Origin: Flavobacteriales bacterium
Lineage (GTDB): Bacteria > Bacteroidota > Bacteroidia > Flavobacteriales > BACL11
Reading direction: 5' to 3'
Length of the DNA stretch: 59,751 nucleotides
Assembly (NCBI GenBank): GCA_002696275.1
Contig: NZRO01000039.1
Span: 8,923-68,673, forward strand
The position numbers and the translations under genes are program-made. Below are positions 25,608 through 36,915 of this stretch, piece by piece. Positions within the stretch are counted from its first letter, which is position 1; each line of letters begins with the position of its first letter. The notes beneath the pieces are model-generated. The model was not told where the DNA came from. It worked only from the letters and a program-made list of their open reading frames with translations, and did not search any database.

Positions 25608-26489
25608 ATGAAAGCATATGTATTTCCTGGTCAAGGAGCCCAATTTAAAGGTATGGGAAAAGACCTATATGAGACTTCTAAGGAAGCAAAAAAACTGTTT
25701 GAACAAGCTAACGAAATTTTAGGATTCTCAATAACAAATATTATGTTTGGAGAAGATGAGGATGCTTTAAAACAAACTAAAGTAACTCAACCTGCTATCT
25801 TTCTACATTCTGTAATTTTAGCTAAGGTATTAGGTATTTCTTTTGATCCAGAGATGGTAGCAGGTCATTCTTTAGGTGAGTTTTCAGCACTTGTTTCTGC
25901 TGGATATTTATCATTTGAAGATGGTTTGAAATTAGTTTCGAAAAGAGCAGTTGCAATGCAAAAAGCTTGTGAACAAAATCCATCTACAATGGCTGCTGTT
26001 CTTGGATTAGAAAATGAAGTTGTTGAAAAAATATGTACGGAAATTAAAGAAGTGGTAGTTCCTGCAAACTACAATTGTCCGGGTCAATTGGTTATTTCTG
26101 GTAGTAATGAAGGAATAGATATTGCATGTAAAAAACTAACAGAAGTAGGAGCCAGAAGAGCTTTAAAACTTCCTGTTGGAGGAGCTTTTCACTCACCTTT
26201 AATGGAACCAGCAAGAGCAGAATTAGAACATGCAATTGACGATACTAAATTTTACGAAGGAATATGTCCTATTTATCAAAATGTAACTGCTTCGGCAATT
26301 AAAAATACAGAAACAATTAAAGAAAACTTAAAAAAACAACTTACCGCATCAGTGCTTTGGACGCAGACAATGGAAAAAATGATATCAGATGGATTAAGCT
26401 CTGTAACAGAAGTTGGTCCTGGAAAAGTATTACAAGGACTATTTAAAAAAGTAGACAGACAAATTCCTACGCAGAGTGCTAGCTTATAA
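25608..26489 (+). CDS. fabD: Malonyl-CoA:ACP transacylase
   Basis: FPGQGAQ, TQPA, GHSLGE, ANYNCPGQLVISG, GGAFHS. Confidence 0.95.
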   Translation: MKAYVFPGQGAQFKGMGKDLYETSKEAKKLFEQANEILGFSITNIMFGEDEDALKQTKVTQPAIFLHSVILAKVLGISFDPEMVAGHSLGEFSALVSAGYLSFEDGLKLVSKRAVAMQKACEQNPSTMAAVLGLENEVVEKICTEIKEVVVPANYNCPGQLVISGSNEGIDIACKKLTEVGARRALKLPVGGAFHSPLMEPARAELEHAIDDTKFYEGICPIYQNVTASAIKNTETIKENLKKQLTASVLWTQTMEKMISDGLSSVTEVGPGKVLQGLFKKVDRQIPTQSASL

Positions 26490-27221
26490 AGTATTGTTTA
26501 ATAACTTTTCAGATTTGGACAACTGATGCCATAATGGATTTGTAAAACATTCCTTTAGTTTTATTGCTTGATTGATATTATGACAATCTGTCCCAACAAA
26601 GGATATCAAATCTTCATTAATTAGTTTTTCAGCATTCTTTCTCACTTGATCAGAGTAATAACCTGTAATAGAAAGAAGGTTTAATTGTAATAAAACTCCT
26701 TTCTCTGTAAATTTTTTAAGATCTTTATTGGTGTAATATAAATACCTCTCTGGATGAGCTAAGACAACATTATATCCGGATAGTTGTAGTTGAAAAATAA
26801 TATCATCAATATCTTTTGGTTCCTCTACAAATGGAAACTCAATTAACAGATATTTTGATCCGAAAGTTAAAAAGCTATTTTTAACAATTTGTTGTCTGAA
26901 ATCATAATCTACATAATACTCAGAAGCAGAATCAAATTCAATCTCTAAGTTTACTCTTTTTAATTCCTTGGAAACTTGAATTTTACCTTTATTTATAATT
27001 TCAGGCGTATTTTTATAATAATCACTCATCGTATGAGGAGTAGTTATTATCTTGGAAAAACCAAGATTTTTAAGTTCTGATATTATATGAATTGACTCTT
27101 CTTCACTTTGAGACCCATCATCTATTAATGGAATTAAATGTGAATGCATATCTGTTTTTAAAACAGTAAAATCTAGAGGATCTAACTTCTTTCTTCTAAA
27201 AGCTGAAAACCACTTAATCAT
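26484..27221 (-). CDS. CpsB/CapC family PHP tyrosine-protein phosphatase
   Basis: DMHSHLIP..DDG, TTPH, AHPERY, GTDCH. Confidence 0.88.
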   Translation of the reverse strand: MIKWFSAFRRKKLDPLDFTVLKTDMHSHLIPLIDDGSQSEEESIHIISELKNLGFSKIITTPHTMSDYYKNTPEIINKGKIQVSKELKRVNLEIEFDSASEYYVDYDFRQQIVKNSFLTFGSKYLLIEFPFVEEPKDIDDIIFQLQLSGYNVVLAHPERYLYYTNKDLKKFTEKGVLLQLNLLSITGYYSDQVRKNAEKLINEDLISFVGTDCHNINQAIKLKECFTNPLWHQLSKSEKLLNNTL

Positions 27222-28270
27222 TATCCGTATTGTTCCATATAATATTTTTGATAATCTCCAGAAGTAACATTATCTATCCACTGTTGATTATTCATATACC
27301 ATTGAATGGTTTTTTGAAGGCCTTCCTCAAATTGCAGTGAAGGTTCCCAGGATAATTCATTCTTTATCTTACTAGCATCAATAGCATATCTTTTGTCATG
27401 ACCAGGCCTATCTTTGACATAAGTAATAAGTTGTTCTGATGTTCCCTTATCGTTTCTTAAAATTTCATCCATCTGAGCACACATCACTTTTATTAAATCA
27501 ATATTAGTCCACTCATTAAAACCTCCAATATTATAAGTTTCTGCATTTTTACCTTTATGATAAATTAAATCAATTGCTCTTGCATGATCTTCTACATACA
27601 ACCAATCTCTTGTAAACAAACCATCTCCATATACAGGAAGCTCTTTGTTATTTCTGATATTATTTATAAATAAAGGTAATAGCTTCTCAGGAAATTGATT
27701 TGGACCATAATTATTAGAACAATTAGAGATGATAAAAGGTAATCCATAAGTATTTCCGTAAGCTCTTACAAAATGATCTGAACTAGCTTTAGAAGAAGAA
27801 TATGGAGATTGCGGATCATATGGGGTAGTTTCTAAAAACAGCCCTGTTTCTGGCAGACTTCCATATACCTCATCAGTAGATACATGATAAAACAACTTAT
27901 CTGCAAAATCATCACTCCAATTATTTTTTGCCACATTCAACAAGTTTACAGTACCTACAACATTTGTCATAATAAACTCCATAGGGTTAGTAATAGATCG
28001 ATCAACATGACTTTCTGCAGCTAAATGAATTACTCCATTAAAATCATACTTTTTGAACAATGATTGAATAAATTCTTTATCTACAATATCTCCTTTTTCA
28101 AAAATATAATTATCAGAATCTTCTACATCTGATAAGTTCTCTAAATTTCCAGCATAAGTTAGTTTATCCAGATTAACAATTTTATATTCAGGATATTTTT
28201 GAACAAATAATCTCACTACATGAGATCCTATAAATCCCGCTCCACCTGTTATTAAAAGGGTTTTTTTCAT
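27221..28270 (-). CDS. rfbB: dTDP-glucose 4,6-dehydratase
   Basis: TGGAGFIG, LTYAGN, AAESHVDRSI, STDEVYG, YSSSK, NNYGPNQFPEKL, DRPGHD.RY. Confidence 0.95.
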   Translation of the reverse strand: MKKTLLITGGAGFIGSHVVRLFVQKYPEYKIVNLDKLTYAGNLENLSDVEDSDNYIFEKGDIVDKEFIQSLFKKYDFNGVIHLAAESHVDRSITNPMEFIMTNVVGTVNLLNVAKNNWSDDFADKLFYHVSTDEVYGSLPETGLFLETTPYDPQSPYSSSKASSDHFVRAYGNTYGLPFIISNCSNNYGPNQFPEKLLPLFINNIRNNKELPVYGDGLFTRDWLYVEDHARAIDLIYHKGKNAETYNIGGFNEWTNIDLIKVMCAQMDEILRNDKGTSEQLITYVKDRPGHDKRYAIDASKIKNELSWEPSLQFEEGLQKTIQWYMNNQQWIDNVTSGDYQKYYMEQYG

Positions 28271-28366
28271 ACTGGTTTTTTTAATCTTTGCAAATATAAA
28301 TAATTATCAACTAATTAATTCGTTAGATAAAATTAAAGAAAATGTAAATTAGCAAAAAATTAATTT

Positions 28367-29101
28367 ATGAATAGGTATCTTTCTATTTTAGTATTATTTT
28401 ATAGTATAAACTCATTTGCTCAAGATGATACTTTTAAAAACAAAATGATTCTTTTTGAATATAGTTATCAAGTACCTATAACAAATTTAGCTAATGATTT
28501 TGGCAATAACTCGTCTATGGGATTATGTTACCTACAAAATAAAAACGACTTTCTTTTGGGTTTTGATGCAAATTTTATGTTTGGAGGTAATGTAAGAGAT
28601 ACTACTATTCTACAATTAATTTCTACTGATGATGGTTTTTTAATCAATGCAAGTGGAGAATTAGATGAAGTATTATTATACGAAAGGGGAATAAATACAC
28701 ATTTAATGACTGGAAAATCGTTCAGATTCGAAGCAAACAATCTAACTGGTATTTATATTTATGGAGGATTAGGATATCTTCAACATAAAATCAGATTGGA
28801 AAGCAACAGAACTACTCTACCACAAATTGAGGGAAATTATCTATATGGATATGACAAATTCACAAATGGTTTAAGCACAAAGATTTGTATTGATTATATG
28901 TATTTCGATAAAAAGAATTCCATTAAATATCATATAGGAACAGAATTCATTAATGCATTTACAACTATTAAAAGAAGATATAACTTTGCACAAATGGAAG
29001 AGTTTGATCAAAGTCTAAAATTAGATCAAATTGTAGGATTAAGATTTGGTATTATCATCCCAATAAACAGGAATAATGAAGCTAAATTTCATTACTACTA
29101 A
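28367..29101 (+). CDS. Hypothetical outer-membrane beta-barrel protein
   Basis: Signal peptide, alternating amphipathic strands, aromatic C-terminus (KFHYY). Confidence 0.6.
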   Translation: MNRYLSILVLFYSINSFAQDDTFKNKMILFEYSYQVPITNLANDFGNNSSMGLCYLQNKNDFLLGFDANFMFGGNVRDTTILQLISTDDGFLINASGELDEVLLYERGINTHLMTGKSFRFEANNLTGIYIYGGLGYLQHKIRLESNRTTLPQIEGNYLYGYDKFTNGLSTKICIDYMYFDKKNSIKYHIGTEFINAFTTIKRRYNFAQMEEFDQSLKLDQIVGLRFGIIIPINRNNEAKFHYY

Positions 29102-30292
29102 ATGAGATTTCTTTATAATATATTTATTTTCATCTATCATATAGGATTAAGGGTCTATTCCTTATTTAATGATAAAGCAAAACAAATCATATTAGAACAA
29201 AAAGATTTAATTCATAAGATTATAAATGAAACAAAAAACTATTCAAATATTGTTTGGTTTCATGCTGCTTCATTAGGAGAATTTGAGCAAGGTAAAAATG
29301 TAATACAGTCCTATAAGAAGAAAAATCCAACCCATAAAATTCTTCTTACATTCTATTCCCCTTCAGGATATGACTACATGAAAAATAATGAAATTGCTGA
29401 TTGGGTATTTTACATGCCACACGACAGTCCTAAAAATGCTAAATTATTTACAGAACAAATAAAACCAATTAAAGTAATTTTTATCAAATATGAGTTTTGG
29501 TTTAATTATATCCACCAATTATATATTCAAAAAATTCCCATTTATTTTATCTCATGTAAATTTAGGAAAGAACAATATTTTTTTAGATTTTATGGGAAAT
29601 GGTTTGCAAAAGAATTAAAAAAAATCACTTTGATCTTTGTTCAGGATGAGGACTCCAACAACTTACTTAAATCTATAAATATCAGGAATTCTATAATTTG
29701 TGGAGACACTAGATTTGATACTGTTTTACGGTATCCTAAGAAAGATTTTAACAATCCTATAATAAAAAAATTTATAAAACACAATAAAGTACTTGTACTA
29801 GGATCAGTATGGAAAGAAGATCTAAAATTAATTACTGAAACAAAAAAATTAAAAAATTACAAAATAATTGTCGCCCCGCACGAAATGACTCAAGTTAATC
29901 TTTTTAAGGGTTTAGAAAAATCTATCTTATTATCTGAAGCAAACAGTAATAATGTATCCAATTCTCATATATTAATTATTGATAAAGTTGGTATATTATC
30001 TAAAATATATAGATATGCTACAATTGCATACATAGGAGGTGGTTTTGGAAAAGGTATTCACAACACATTAGAGGCAGCTGTCTACAACACACCTATTTTA
30101 ATTGGACCAAATTACTACAAATTCTCAGAAGCTAAAGATCTTATAAATAAAAAACTTGCTCTAGTTGTTAAAAATCCAAACGAATTCATACAATCTATTA
30201 GATATTTTGAAAACATAGATATTAAGGAATCTTCTAAAGAATATTTTAATTCAAATAAAGGAGCAACCAAAAAAATCCTTGGTCACATTTAA
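29102..30292 (+). CDS. waaA: 3-deoxy-D-manno-octulosonic acid transferase
   Basis: WFHAASLGEFEQ, TFYSPSG, GDTRFD, GGFG.GIHNTLEAA. Confidence 0.92.
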   Translation: MRFLYNIFIFIYHIGLRVYSLFNDKAKQIILEQKDLIHKIINETKNYSNIVWFHAASLGEFEQGKNVIQSYKKKNPTHKILLTFYSPSGYDYMKNNEIADWVFYMPHDSPKNAKLFTEQIKPIKVIFIKYEFWFNYIHQLYIQKIPIYFISCKFRKEQYFFRFYGKWFAKELKKITLIFVQDEDSNNLLKSINIRNSIICGDTRFDTVLRYPKKDFNNPIIKKFIKHNKVLVLGSVWKEDLKLITETKKLKNYKIIVAPHEMTQVNLFKGLEKSILLSEANSNNVSNSHILIIDKVGILSKIYRYATIAYIGGGFGKGIHNTLEAAVYNTPILIGPNYYKFSEAKDLINKKLALVVKNPNEFIQSIRYFENIDIKESSKEYFNSNKGATKKILGHI

Positions 30293-30326
30293 TTCAATAT
30301 CCCTATATTTGCTGAAAATTCATAAA

Positions 30327-31136
30327 ATGAAAACTAAATTATTCTTAAGTTCAATTGTTATAGTCGCATTCTTATTTTCATCATGTAGAGAGGATATAAT
30401 AGAAGAAAGCGGAACTGTAAATACTAAAGATTATCTTTTTGCAGAGAACTTATTTAATGACGTAGGAAGAATTGTTGAAGACGCCTTTAATGACAATGGA
30501 GAAAGTAAATCATGTCCTAGTTATACTCTTATGAATACAGATACTTCTGATCTAGATACTATTATTGTAGATTTTGGGGATGGATATCCTGATGATTGTT
30601 TAAGCTATGGAAAAGAAATAAGAGGTAAAATTATAATAACTTATACTGGAAAATATAGAGATTCCTTATCTGTAATTACAACTACATTTGACCAATATTA
30701 TATTAACAACAATTGGATTCAAGGAGAAAGAATAGCAACAAATAATGGAAGAAATTCTGAAGGCAATGTTACTTTTACAATTGATATTTCTACTAGCATC
30801 ACAGGAAACGGAACAATAAATTGGGAATCAACAAGGAAAAGAGAGTGGATTTCGGGATATAATACTTTTTCAAATCCATTTGATGATGTGTATTCAGTAA
30901 GTGGCACAGGTCTAGGTAATAGTAGTAGTGGACAAAATTTTGAAGTAAATATTACAGAAGATTTGTATGTAGATTTATCATGTCTTTCTGAAAACACTTG
31001 TATAGTAACAAGCGGAAAAACAGAACTTATTCCTGAAGGATATAGCACCAGAGCAATAAACTACGGAGACAGTACTTGTGATTGTAATTACTCTGTTATC
31101 CTTAATGGAAATGAATATTTTATTGTTAGTAATTAA
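30327..31136 (+). CDS. Hypothetical beta-rich lipoprotein
   Basis: Start reassigned to ATG 30327 (MKTKLFL...FSSC lipobox); TATATTTG at 30304-30311. Confidence 0.72.
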   Translation: MKTKLFLSSIVIVAFLFSSCREDIIEESGTVNTKDYLFAENLFNDVGRIVEDAFNDNGESKSCPSYTLMNTDTSDLDTIIVDFGDGYPDDCLSYGKEIRGKIIITYTGKYRDSLSVITTTFDQYYINNNWIQGERIATNNGRNSEGNVTFTIDISTSITGNGTINWESTRKREWISGYNTFSNPFDDVYSVSGTGLGNSSSGQNFEVNITEDLYVDLSCLSENTCIVTSGKTELIPEGYSTRAINYGDSTCDCNYSVILNGNEYFIVSN

Positions 31137-32362
31137 GCTGCTTTTAACTTAACTAAAGATGATTTATCTAATTTACTTTTAGCATATGAATAGGTAAGTT
31201 TAAATTCTCTCCTATTCTTATCCGAAGGTAATTCAAACATAGCATCTAACATTATTGCTTCACATATTGATCTCAAGCCCCTTGCCCCTAATTTATACTC
31301 AACTGCTTTTTCTACTATTAAATCTAAAGATTTTTTATCTATATTAAACTCTATTCCATCCATATTAAAAAGCTTTTTATACTGCTTTATAATAGAGTTT
31401 TTTGGTTCCGTTAAGATTTGTCTAAGAGCGTGTTTATCTAAGGGATTTAAATAAGAAAGAACTGGCATCCTTCCAATTAGTTCTGGAATAAGACCAAAAG
31501 TTTTCAAATCTTGAGGAAGAATATACTTTAGTAAATTATCCTTATTTATTTTATCTTGTTTATTTGAAGAATATCCTATTGATTGGGTATTTAATCTTTT
31601 AGAGATATGTTTTTGCACTCCATCAAAAGCACCTCCACTTATAAATAATATATTTTGAGTGTTTAAAGAAATCATTTTTTGATCGGGATGCTTTCTGCCC
31701 CCTTGTGGAGGAACGTTTACAATTGTTCCTTCCAATAATTTCAACATCGCTTGTTGAACTCCTTCTCCACTCACATCTCTAGTAATTGATGGATTATCAC
31801 TTTTTCTTGCGATTTTATCTACTTCATCAATAAACACAATACCTTTTTCAGCTTGAGAAATATTATAATCTGCAGCTTGTAATAATCTAGTTAAAATACT
31901 TTCTACATCTTCTCCAACATATCCCGCTTCTGTAAGAACAGTAGCGTCGGCTATACAAAAAGGAACTTGTAACAATTTTGCAATAGATTTAGCTAAAAGT
32001 GTTTTTCCTGTTCCAGTTTCTCCAACTAAAATTATATTAGATTTCTCTATTTCTAAATCCTCAATAGATGTATCTGGTTGAAGAATTCTTTTATAGTGAT
32101 TATATACAGCTACTGACAACACCTTTTTAGCTTGATCCTGGCCAATTACAAAATCATCTAAATAAGATTTTATCTCTTGTGGTTTCAGCAACCTAGCGGA
32201 TTGATCTAAAGCTGATAATTCAGAAGAATCTACATCTAATATTTCATAAGCTTGTTCAATACATCTATCGCAAATATGTGCTGAAATACCAGCAATCAAC
32301 ACATCTGTATCCTGTTTATTTTTTCCACAAAAGGAACATTTTATAACCTCCTTATTGTCCAT
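31133..32362 (-). CDS. clpX: ATP-dependent Clp protease ATP-binding subunit
   Basis: CSFCG...C..C zinc-binding domain, [24 protein letters not shown]. Confidence 0.97.
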   Translation of the reverse strand: MDNKEVIKCSFCGKNKQDTDVLIAGISAHICDRCIEQAYEILDVDSSELSALDQSARLLKPQEIKSYLDDFVIGQDQAKKVLSVAVYNHYKRILQPDTSIEDLEIEKSNIILVGETGTGKTLLAKSIAKLLQVPFCIADATVLTEAGYVGEDVESILTRLLQAADYNISQAEKGIVFIDEVDKIARKSDNPSITRDVSGEGVQQAMLKLLEGTIVNVPPQGGRKHPDQKMISLNTQNILFISGGAFDGVQKHISKRLNTQSIGYSSNKQDKINKDNLLKYILPQDLKTFGLIPELIGRMPVLSYLNPLDKHALRQILTEPKNSIIKQYKKLFNMDGIEFNIDKKSLDLIVEKAVEYKLGARGLRSICEAIMLDAMFELPSDKNRREFKLTYSYAKSKLDKSSLVKLKAA

Positions 32363-33036
32363 TATTTATTCCTAATCAAAACCTCATCAATCATACCATA
32401 TTCTTTAGCTTCTTCAGCAGTCATCCAGTAATCTCTATCTCCATCCTCCCAAACTTTTTTATAATCTGTTGCGGAGTGATTAGCAATAATTTCATAAAGT
32501 TCTTTTTTTAATTTTTGAATTTCCTTTGCTGTAATTTCAATATCTGAAGCTTGTCCACTAGCTCCTCCAAGGGGTTGATGAATCATAACTCTAGAATGTT
32601 TTAAAGCTGTCCTTTTTCCTGTTGCTCCCGCAGTTAACAAAACTGCTCCCATTGAAGCTGCCATTCCTGTACAGATAGTTGAAACATCTGGATTAATATA
32701 TTGCATTGTATCATAAATTCCTAAACCCGCATAAACGCTTCCTCCAGGGGTGTTTAAGTAGATTCTTATCTCTCTTTCAGGATCAGCAGACTCTAAAAAC
32801 AGCAATTGAGCCTGTATAATATTTGCAACATAATCATTAATGGGCACCCCAAGAAAAATAATTCTATCCATCATTAATCTTGAGAAAACATCCATTGTTG
32901 CAATGTTCATCTGTCTTTCTTCAATTATTGTTGGAGAAATATAGTTTCCATGTATTGAAGTAAACTGATCTAAATGAAGGGAGCTAATTCCCCTATCTTT
33001 GGTTGCATATTTTCTAAACTCTTTTGAATAATCCAT
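32362..33036 (-). CDS. clpP: ATP-dependent Clp protease proteolytic subunit
   Basis: DVFSRL, YLNTPGG, GMAASMG, MIHQP, DRDYWM. Confidence 0.97.
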   Translation of the reverse strand: MDYSKEFRKYATKDRGISSLHLDQFTSIHGNYISPTIIEERQMNIATMDVFSRLMMDRIIFLGVPINDYVANIIQAQLLFLESADPEREIRIYLNTPGGSVYAGLGIYDTMQYINPDVSTICTGMAASMGAVLLTAGATGKRTALKHSRVMIHQPLGGASGQASDIEITAKEIQKLKKELYEIIANHSATDYKKVWEDGDRDYWMTAEEAKEYGMIDEVLIRNK

Positions 33037-33043
33037 AATAAAT

Positions 33044-34396
33044 TTATTTTTTGGATGCTAATTTAACAAAATCCTCATAAGCAATAGCTTTTTCTATTAG
33101 TTTGAATTTTTCTTTATATACCTCTAGAGTTTTAATATCATATAATTGGTCATATATTTTTTTTCTTTCGTCTTCTTTAGCCAAGATATTTGCAACAATT
33201 TCATTCATCTTATCATCTTCAGGAGCTGGCTGTCCATACTGATTCATTTGCATTGTAATTAAAGATTTAGTATGAGATTCTACTTCTTTAGAATCTACCT
33301 TTATTTCAAAAATTTCCAGAATACTATTTTCAATTAACTGCCATCTTAAAGATTTTGAATACATATCGTATTCTGATTCGATTTGTTCTAAGTTAACTGA
33401 TTGCTCTGAAGTGTGAACTAACCATTTCTTTAAAAAATCATCTGGCATATCAAACTTCACTTTGTCTAATAAGTAATTAACAACATCATTTTTTAGCATT
33501 CTATCACTTTCAGTTGTATAAGATCTCTCTGCCTCTTCTTTTATTTTAGCTTTAAACTCTTTTACTGTTTTTACAGAATCTTTACCATATACTTTCTCGA
33601 AAAGCTCCTTGTTCATTTTAGCAGGTTCTAATTTACTTACATTTTTTACTGTAAATTGAAATTCTTCTGAAGATAAATCCTGCAATTCCTCACTAGAAAT
33701 ATTTAACATAGCACTTAAATCAGTATGATTAGTAAAAGCCTTCTTAACATTCACTTTGAATGAATCTTTCTTTTTCACTCCAATAAATTTTTGCTTTATT
33801 TTCTTGTCTGTAATAAAATCCATTGAAACTGTAGCCTCATTTTTCACTCCATTCTGCATTAAATTCCCATCTAAATCTAATTGAACTATTTCGCAAAACA
33901 CTAAATCACCCTCTGAAGAAACCTTAGGATTACTCATTTTTCCATATCTTTTTGCTATATCATTAGCATAAGTATCTACAATCTTAGTATCTGCCTCAAT
34001 TTTATAATAGGTTAACTTATCTTTCTTAGATATTTTTACATCAAAATCTGGAGACAAACCTATTTCATACTTAAAATTAAAAATAGTGTCATTTTCCCAA
34101 TCTACTTTTTGATCTTTTACTGGCATTGGAGAGCCTAATACTTTTACCTTTTCATCAGAGATATATTTGTATAATTCTGATTGCAACATCTTATTAACTT
34201 CATCCACTAGTACAGGTGTTCTGTATTTTTTCACAATCATTCCCATCGGAGCTTTTCCTTTTCTGAATCCTGGAATCTCGGCATTTTTTCTATAATCTTT
34301 TAATACCTTATCTACTTTTTCCTGGTAATCTTCCGGACTAACCACTACTTTTAATTCTGCTTGTAAATTGTTGGTATTTTCTTGTGTAATTTTCAT
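33044..34396 (-). CDS. tig: Trigger factor
   Basis: IPGFRKGKAP ribosome-binding motif; tRNA-Leu/tig/clpP/clpX order. Confidence 0.93.
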   Translation of the reverse strand: MKITQENTNNLQAELKVVVSPEDYQEKVDKVLKDYRKNAEIPGFRKGKAPMGMIVKKYRTPVLVDEVNKMLQSELYKYISDEKVKVLGSPMPVKDQKVDWENDTIFNFKYEIGLSPDFDVKISKKDKLTYYKIEADTKIVDTYANDIAKRYGKMSNPKVSSEGDLVFCEIVQLDLDGNLMQNGVKNEATVSMDFITDKKIKQKFIGVKKKDSFKVNVKKAFTNHTDLSAMLNISSEELQDLSSEEFQFTVKNVSKLEPAKMNKELFEKVYGKDSVKTVKEFKAKIKEEAERSYTTESDRMLKNDVVNYLLDKVKFDMPDDFLKKWLVHTSEQSVNLEQIESEYDMYSKSLRWQLIENSILEIFEIKVDSKEVESHTKSLITMQMNQYGQPAPEDDKMNEIVANILAKEDERKKIYDQLYDIKTLEVYKEKFKLIEKAIAYEDFVKLASKK

Positions 34397-34480
34397 AATT
34401 AAATAATTGTTAAAATGGTCGTCAAAAGTACAATATTATCTCTGATAATTAATGTAAAAGAAGCTTTTATTTATAGGTAT

Positions 34481-34509
34481 AAAAAAAGCTCACTAAAAGT
34501 GAGCTCTTT
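34481..34509 (-). terminator. Intrinsic terminator downstream of tRNA-Leu(TAG)
   Basis: Minus strand AGCTCACT-TTT-AGTGAGCT followed by a T6 run. Confidence 0.75.
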
Positions 34510-34510
34510 G

Positions 34511-34592
34511 TGCGGATGAAGGGAGTCGAACCCCCACGCCTTACGGCACTAGATCCTAAGTCTAGCGCGTCTACCAATTCCGCCACATCCGC
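34511..34592 (-). tRNA. tRNA-Leu (anticodon TAG)
   Basis: GCGGATG/CATCCGC acceptor stem, CTAGA-CTTAGGA-TCTAG anticodon arm, long variable arm, TTCGACT T-loop; CCA not encoded. Confidence 0.96.
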
Positions 34593-34692
34593 TAAAATTA
34601 GGACCACAAAGATATTATTTTTTATTAGTTGAAATAAAAATTTCATCTATATTTGCATGAATATAAAAATTAAATAAAATTTAACTAGAAAA

Positions 34693-35055
34693 ATGAGCTT
34701 ATCAATAAAAGGAACAGTCAAGCAAAAACTAGAGTTAGAACAAGGAACGAGTAAAGCTGGAAATGAGTGGAAATCACAATCATTTGTGTTAAATACAGGA
34801 GCTCAGTACAATCCCGATATTTGTTTTAAATTATTTGGAGAAGACAAAATACAGATACTATCAAATATCAATGAAGGAGAAGAGATAGAAGTTTTTTTTA
34901 ACCTCTCATCAAGAGAATGGAATGGGAAATGGTTTACCTCCGCAGACGCTTGGAAAATTGAGAAATCAGAAAATGAAAACACAATTGAAACCGTTGACGA
35001 CTCTGAAATCCCTGTATTTGAAAATAATCAAACAGAAGACGATTTACCATTTTAA
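34693..35055 (+). CDS. DUF3127 family protein with SSB-like acidic C-terminal tip
   Basis: G.SKAGNEWKSQ.FV, LFGEDK, F.LSSREWNGKWFT...AWKI; ends EDDLPF. Confidence 0.85.
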   Translation: MSLSIKGTVKQKLELEQGTSKAGNEWKSQSFVLNTGAQYNPDICFKLFGEDKIQILSNINEGEEIEVFFNLSSREWNGKWFTSADAWKIEKSENENTIETVDDSEIPVFENNQTEDDLPF

Positions 35056-36426
35056 ATGTCCTTTGCTAAAAAGTTTGAAAATGTTTTTAGGTCGTTATTA
35101 CCCTCTCCTTTTTCTATAGCGATATTAATTACCCTCATAACTTTTGTTTTAGCGCTCATCTTTACAGACAACCAAAACCCTGAAAATTATCATGTTTTAA
35201 ATCTATTGGCTTCATGGGAAAATGGGATTTGGAACAATGCTTTACTTGTTTTTGCCTTTCAAATGATGTTAATGCTAGTGTTAGGTCACACATTAGCGCT
35301 GAGTAACTCAGTAAATTCTTTAATTTCTAAAATCATAAGGTTTTGTAGCTCAACAGCAAATGCCGCTGCAATTATCTCTTTCTTTACCATAATTGTAAGT
35401 TTATTTAATTGGGGACTAGGCTTAATTTTCGGGGCAATTTTCGCTAGAAAAGTTGCAGAAAATGCTTCTGAAAAAAAAATAAATCTTAACTACCCACTAA
35501 TTGGAGCTGCTGGATATTCAGGATTAATGGTTTGGCATGGAGGACTTTCTGGTTCTGCACCTATAAAAGTTGCAGAAAAAAATCATCTTATAGAGATGTT
35601 TGAAGGATTAGACTTTGATGTTCCCTCAACAATTACTCTTTCAGAAACTACTTTTTCACCAATGAATATTTTTGTTTCTATTTTATTATTGATTGTAATT
35701 CCTACATTTTTATTTTACTTAGGAAAAAAGAAAACAGGAAAAAAAATCCATATAGTTTCACAAGAAACAAGAGAAGAAAGAACAAAATGTAAAGGTGCTG
35801 AGAAATTAGATCACTCTTTAGTATTATCAAAAATAATTTCTATCTTAATATTAGGTTATTGTTTTTACAAATCCATCTTACTACCTGAAATCCTGTCTCT
35901 TAATGTAATTACTCCTAATTTTATAAATCTTGTTTTATTAGGGCTAGGAATCTTCTTTCACTCCTCATTTAGTCAGTTTACAAACGCAATAACAGAATCA
36001 ATAAAAGGAGCTTCAGGAATTTTAATTCAATTTCCACTATATTTTGGGATCATGGGGTTGATGAAAGATTCAGGAATGGTAAGCTCTCTTTCAGAATTTT
36101 TTGTAAGCATATCAAATGAAACTACTTTTCCCATTTTTACTTTTATTTCTGCTGGAATCGTGAATATTTTTGTCCCAAGTGGAGGTGGCCAATGGGCAAT
36201 TCAAGGACCTATAATAATAAAAGCTGCAAATCAAATAGGATGTTCATTTTCAAAAAGTATAATGGCTCTAGCTTACGGGGATCAGCTTACAAATATGTTG
36301 CAACCCTTTTGGGCTTTACCACTACTAGGAATTACAGGTTTAAAAGCAAAAGAAATTCTTCCTTATACTTTATATCTCTTCCTCATTGGATGTTTGATTT
36401 TTGTTGGAGGATTGTTACTTTTCTAA
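35056..36426 (+). CDS. atoE: Short-chain fatty acid transporter (AtoE family)
   Basis: LPSPF, FAFQM, VWHGGLSGSAP, FVPSGGGQW, YGDQLTNMLQPFWALP. Confidence 0.85.
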   Translation: MSFAKKFENVFRSLLPSPFSIAILITLITFVLALIFTDNQNPENYHVLNLLASWENGIWNNALLVFAFQMMLMLVLGHTLALSNSVNSLISKIIRFCSSTANAAAIISFFTIIVSLFNWGLGLIFGAIFARKVAENASEKKINLNYPLIGAAGYSGLMVWHGGLSGSAPIKVAEKNHLIEMFEGLDFDVPSTITLSETTFSPMNIFVSILLLIVIPTFLFYLGKKKTGKKIHIVSQETREERTKCKGAEKLDHSLVLSKIISILILGYCFYKSILLPEILSLNVITPNFINLVLLGLGIFFHSSFSQFTNAITESIKGASGILIQFPLYFGIMGLMKDSGMVSSLSEFFVSISNETTFPIFTFISAGIVNIFVPSGGGQWAIQGPIIIKAANQIGCSFSKSIMALAYGDQLTNMLQPFWALPLLGITGLKAKEILPYTLYLFLIGCLIFVGGLLLF

Positions 36427-36915
36427 AACTAAAAAAGAATAATTATATCTATTTTTATCATCTGATATACAATCTTCTCTTTCTATTATTTTCCAATCTT
36501 CAGAAAGATTAGGAAAAAAAGTATCTCCTTCAAAAGAATGGTGTATCCTAGTAAGATAAACCCTATCTATCAAATTTCTTTCTAATGCTAATTTATATAT
36601 CTGACCTCCACCAATAATAAATGGTTCAACATCTCCATTTTCTTGAGCAATTTTTAAGGCTTCTTCTATAGAATTTACTACAATACAATCTTCAGTAACA
36701 TAATCTAATTGTCGTGTTACAATAATATTAGTTCTATTAGGCAAAGGTCTAAATTTATGTGGAATGGATTCAAAGTTTTTTCTGCCCATAATAACATGAT
36801 GCCCTTGTGTGGTTTGCTTAAAGAATTTCATATCCTTAGGTAAGTTCCAAATAAGATCATTATCTTTTCCTATTACTCCATTTTCAGAAACTGCTACTAT
36901 TAATGATACTCTCAT
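36415..36915 (-). CDS. folA: Dihydrofolate reductase
   Basis: IVAVSENGVIG.DN.L.W.LP.DM..F, MGRKNFES, LPNRTN, IGGGQIY, GDTFFP. Confidence 0.96.
   Translation of the reverse strand: MRVSLIVAVSENGVIGKDNDLIWNLPKDMKFFKQTTQGHHVIMGRKNFESIPHKFRPLPNRTNIIVTRQLDYVTEDCIVVNSIEEALKIAQENGDVEPFIIGGGQIYKLALERNLIDRVYLTRIHHSFEGDTFFPNLSEDWKIIEREDCISDDKNRYNYSFLVLEK

Noticed and set aside
34397-34692. tRNA-Leu(TAG) as an integration site for an island
   Set aside because: No integrase, no duplicated tRNA 3' end seen, and housekeeping genes on both sides.
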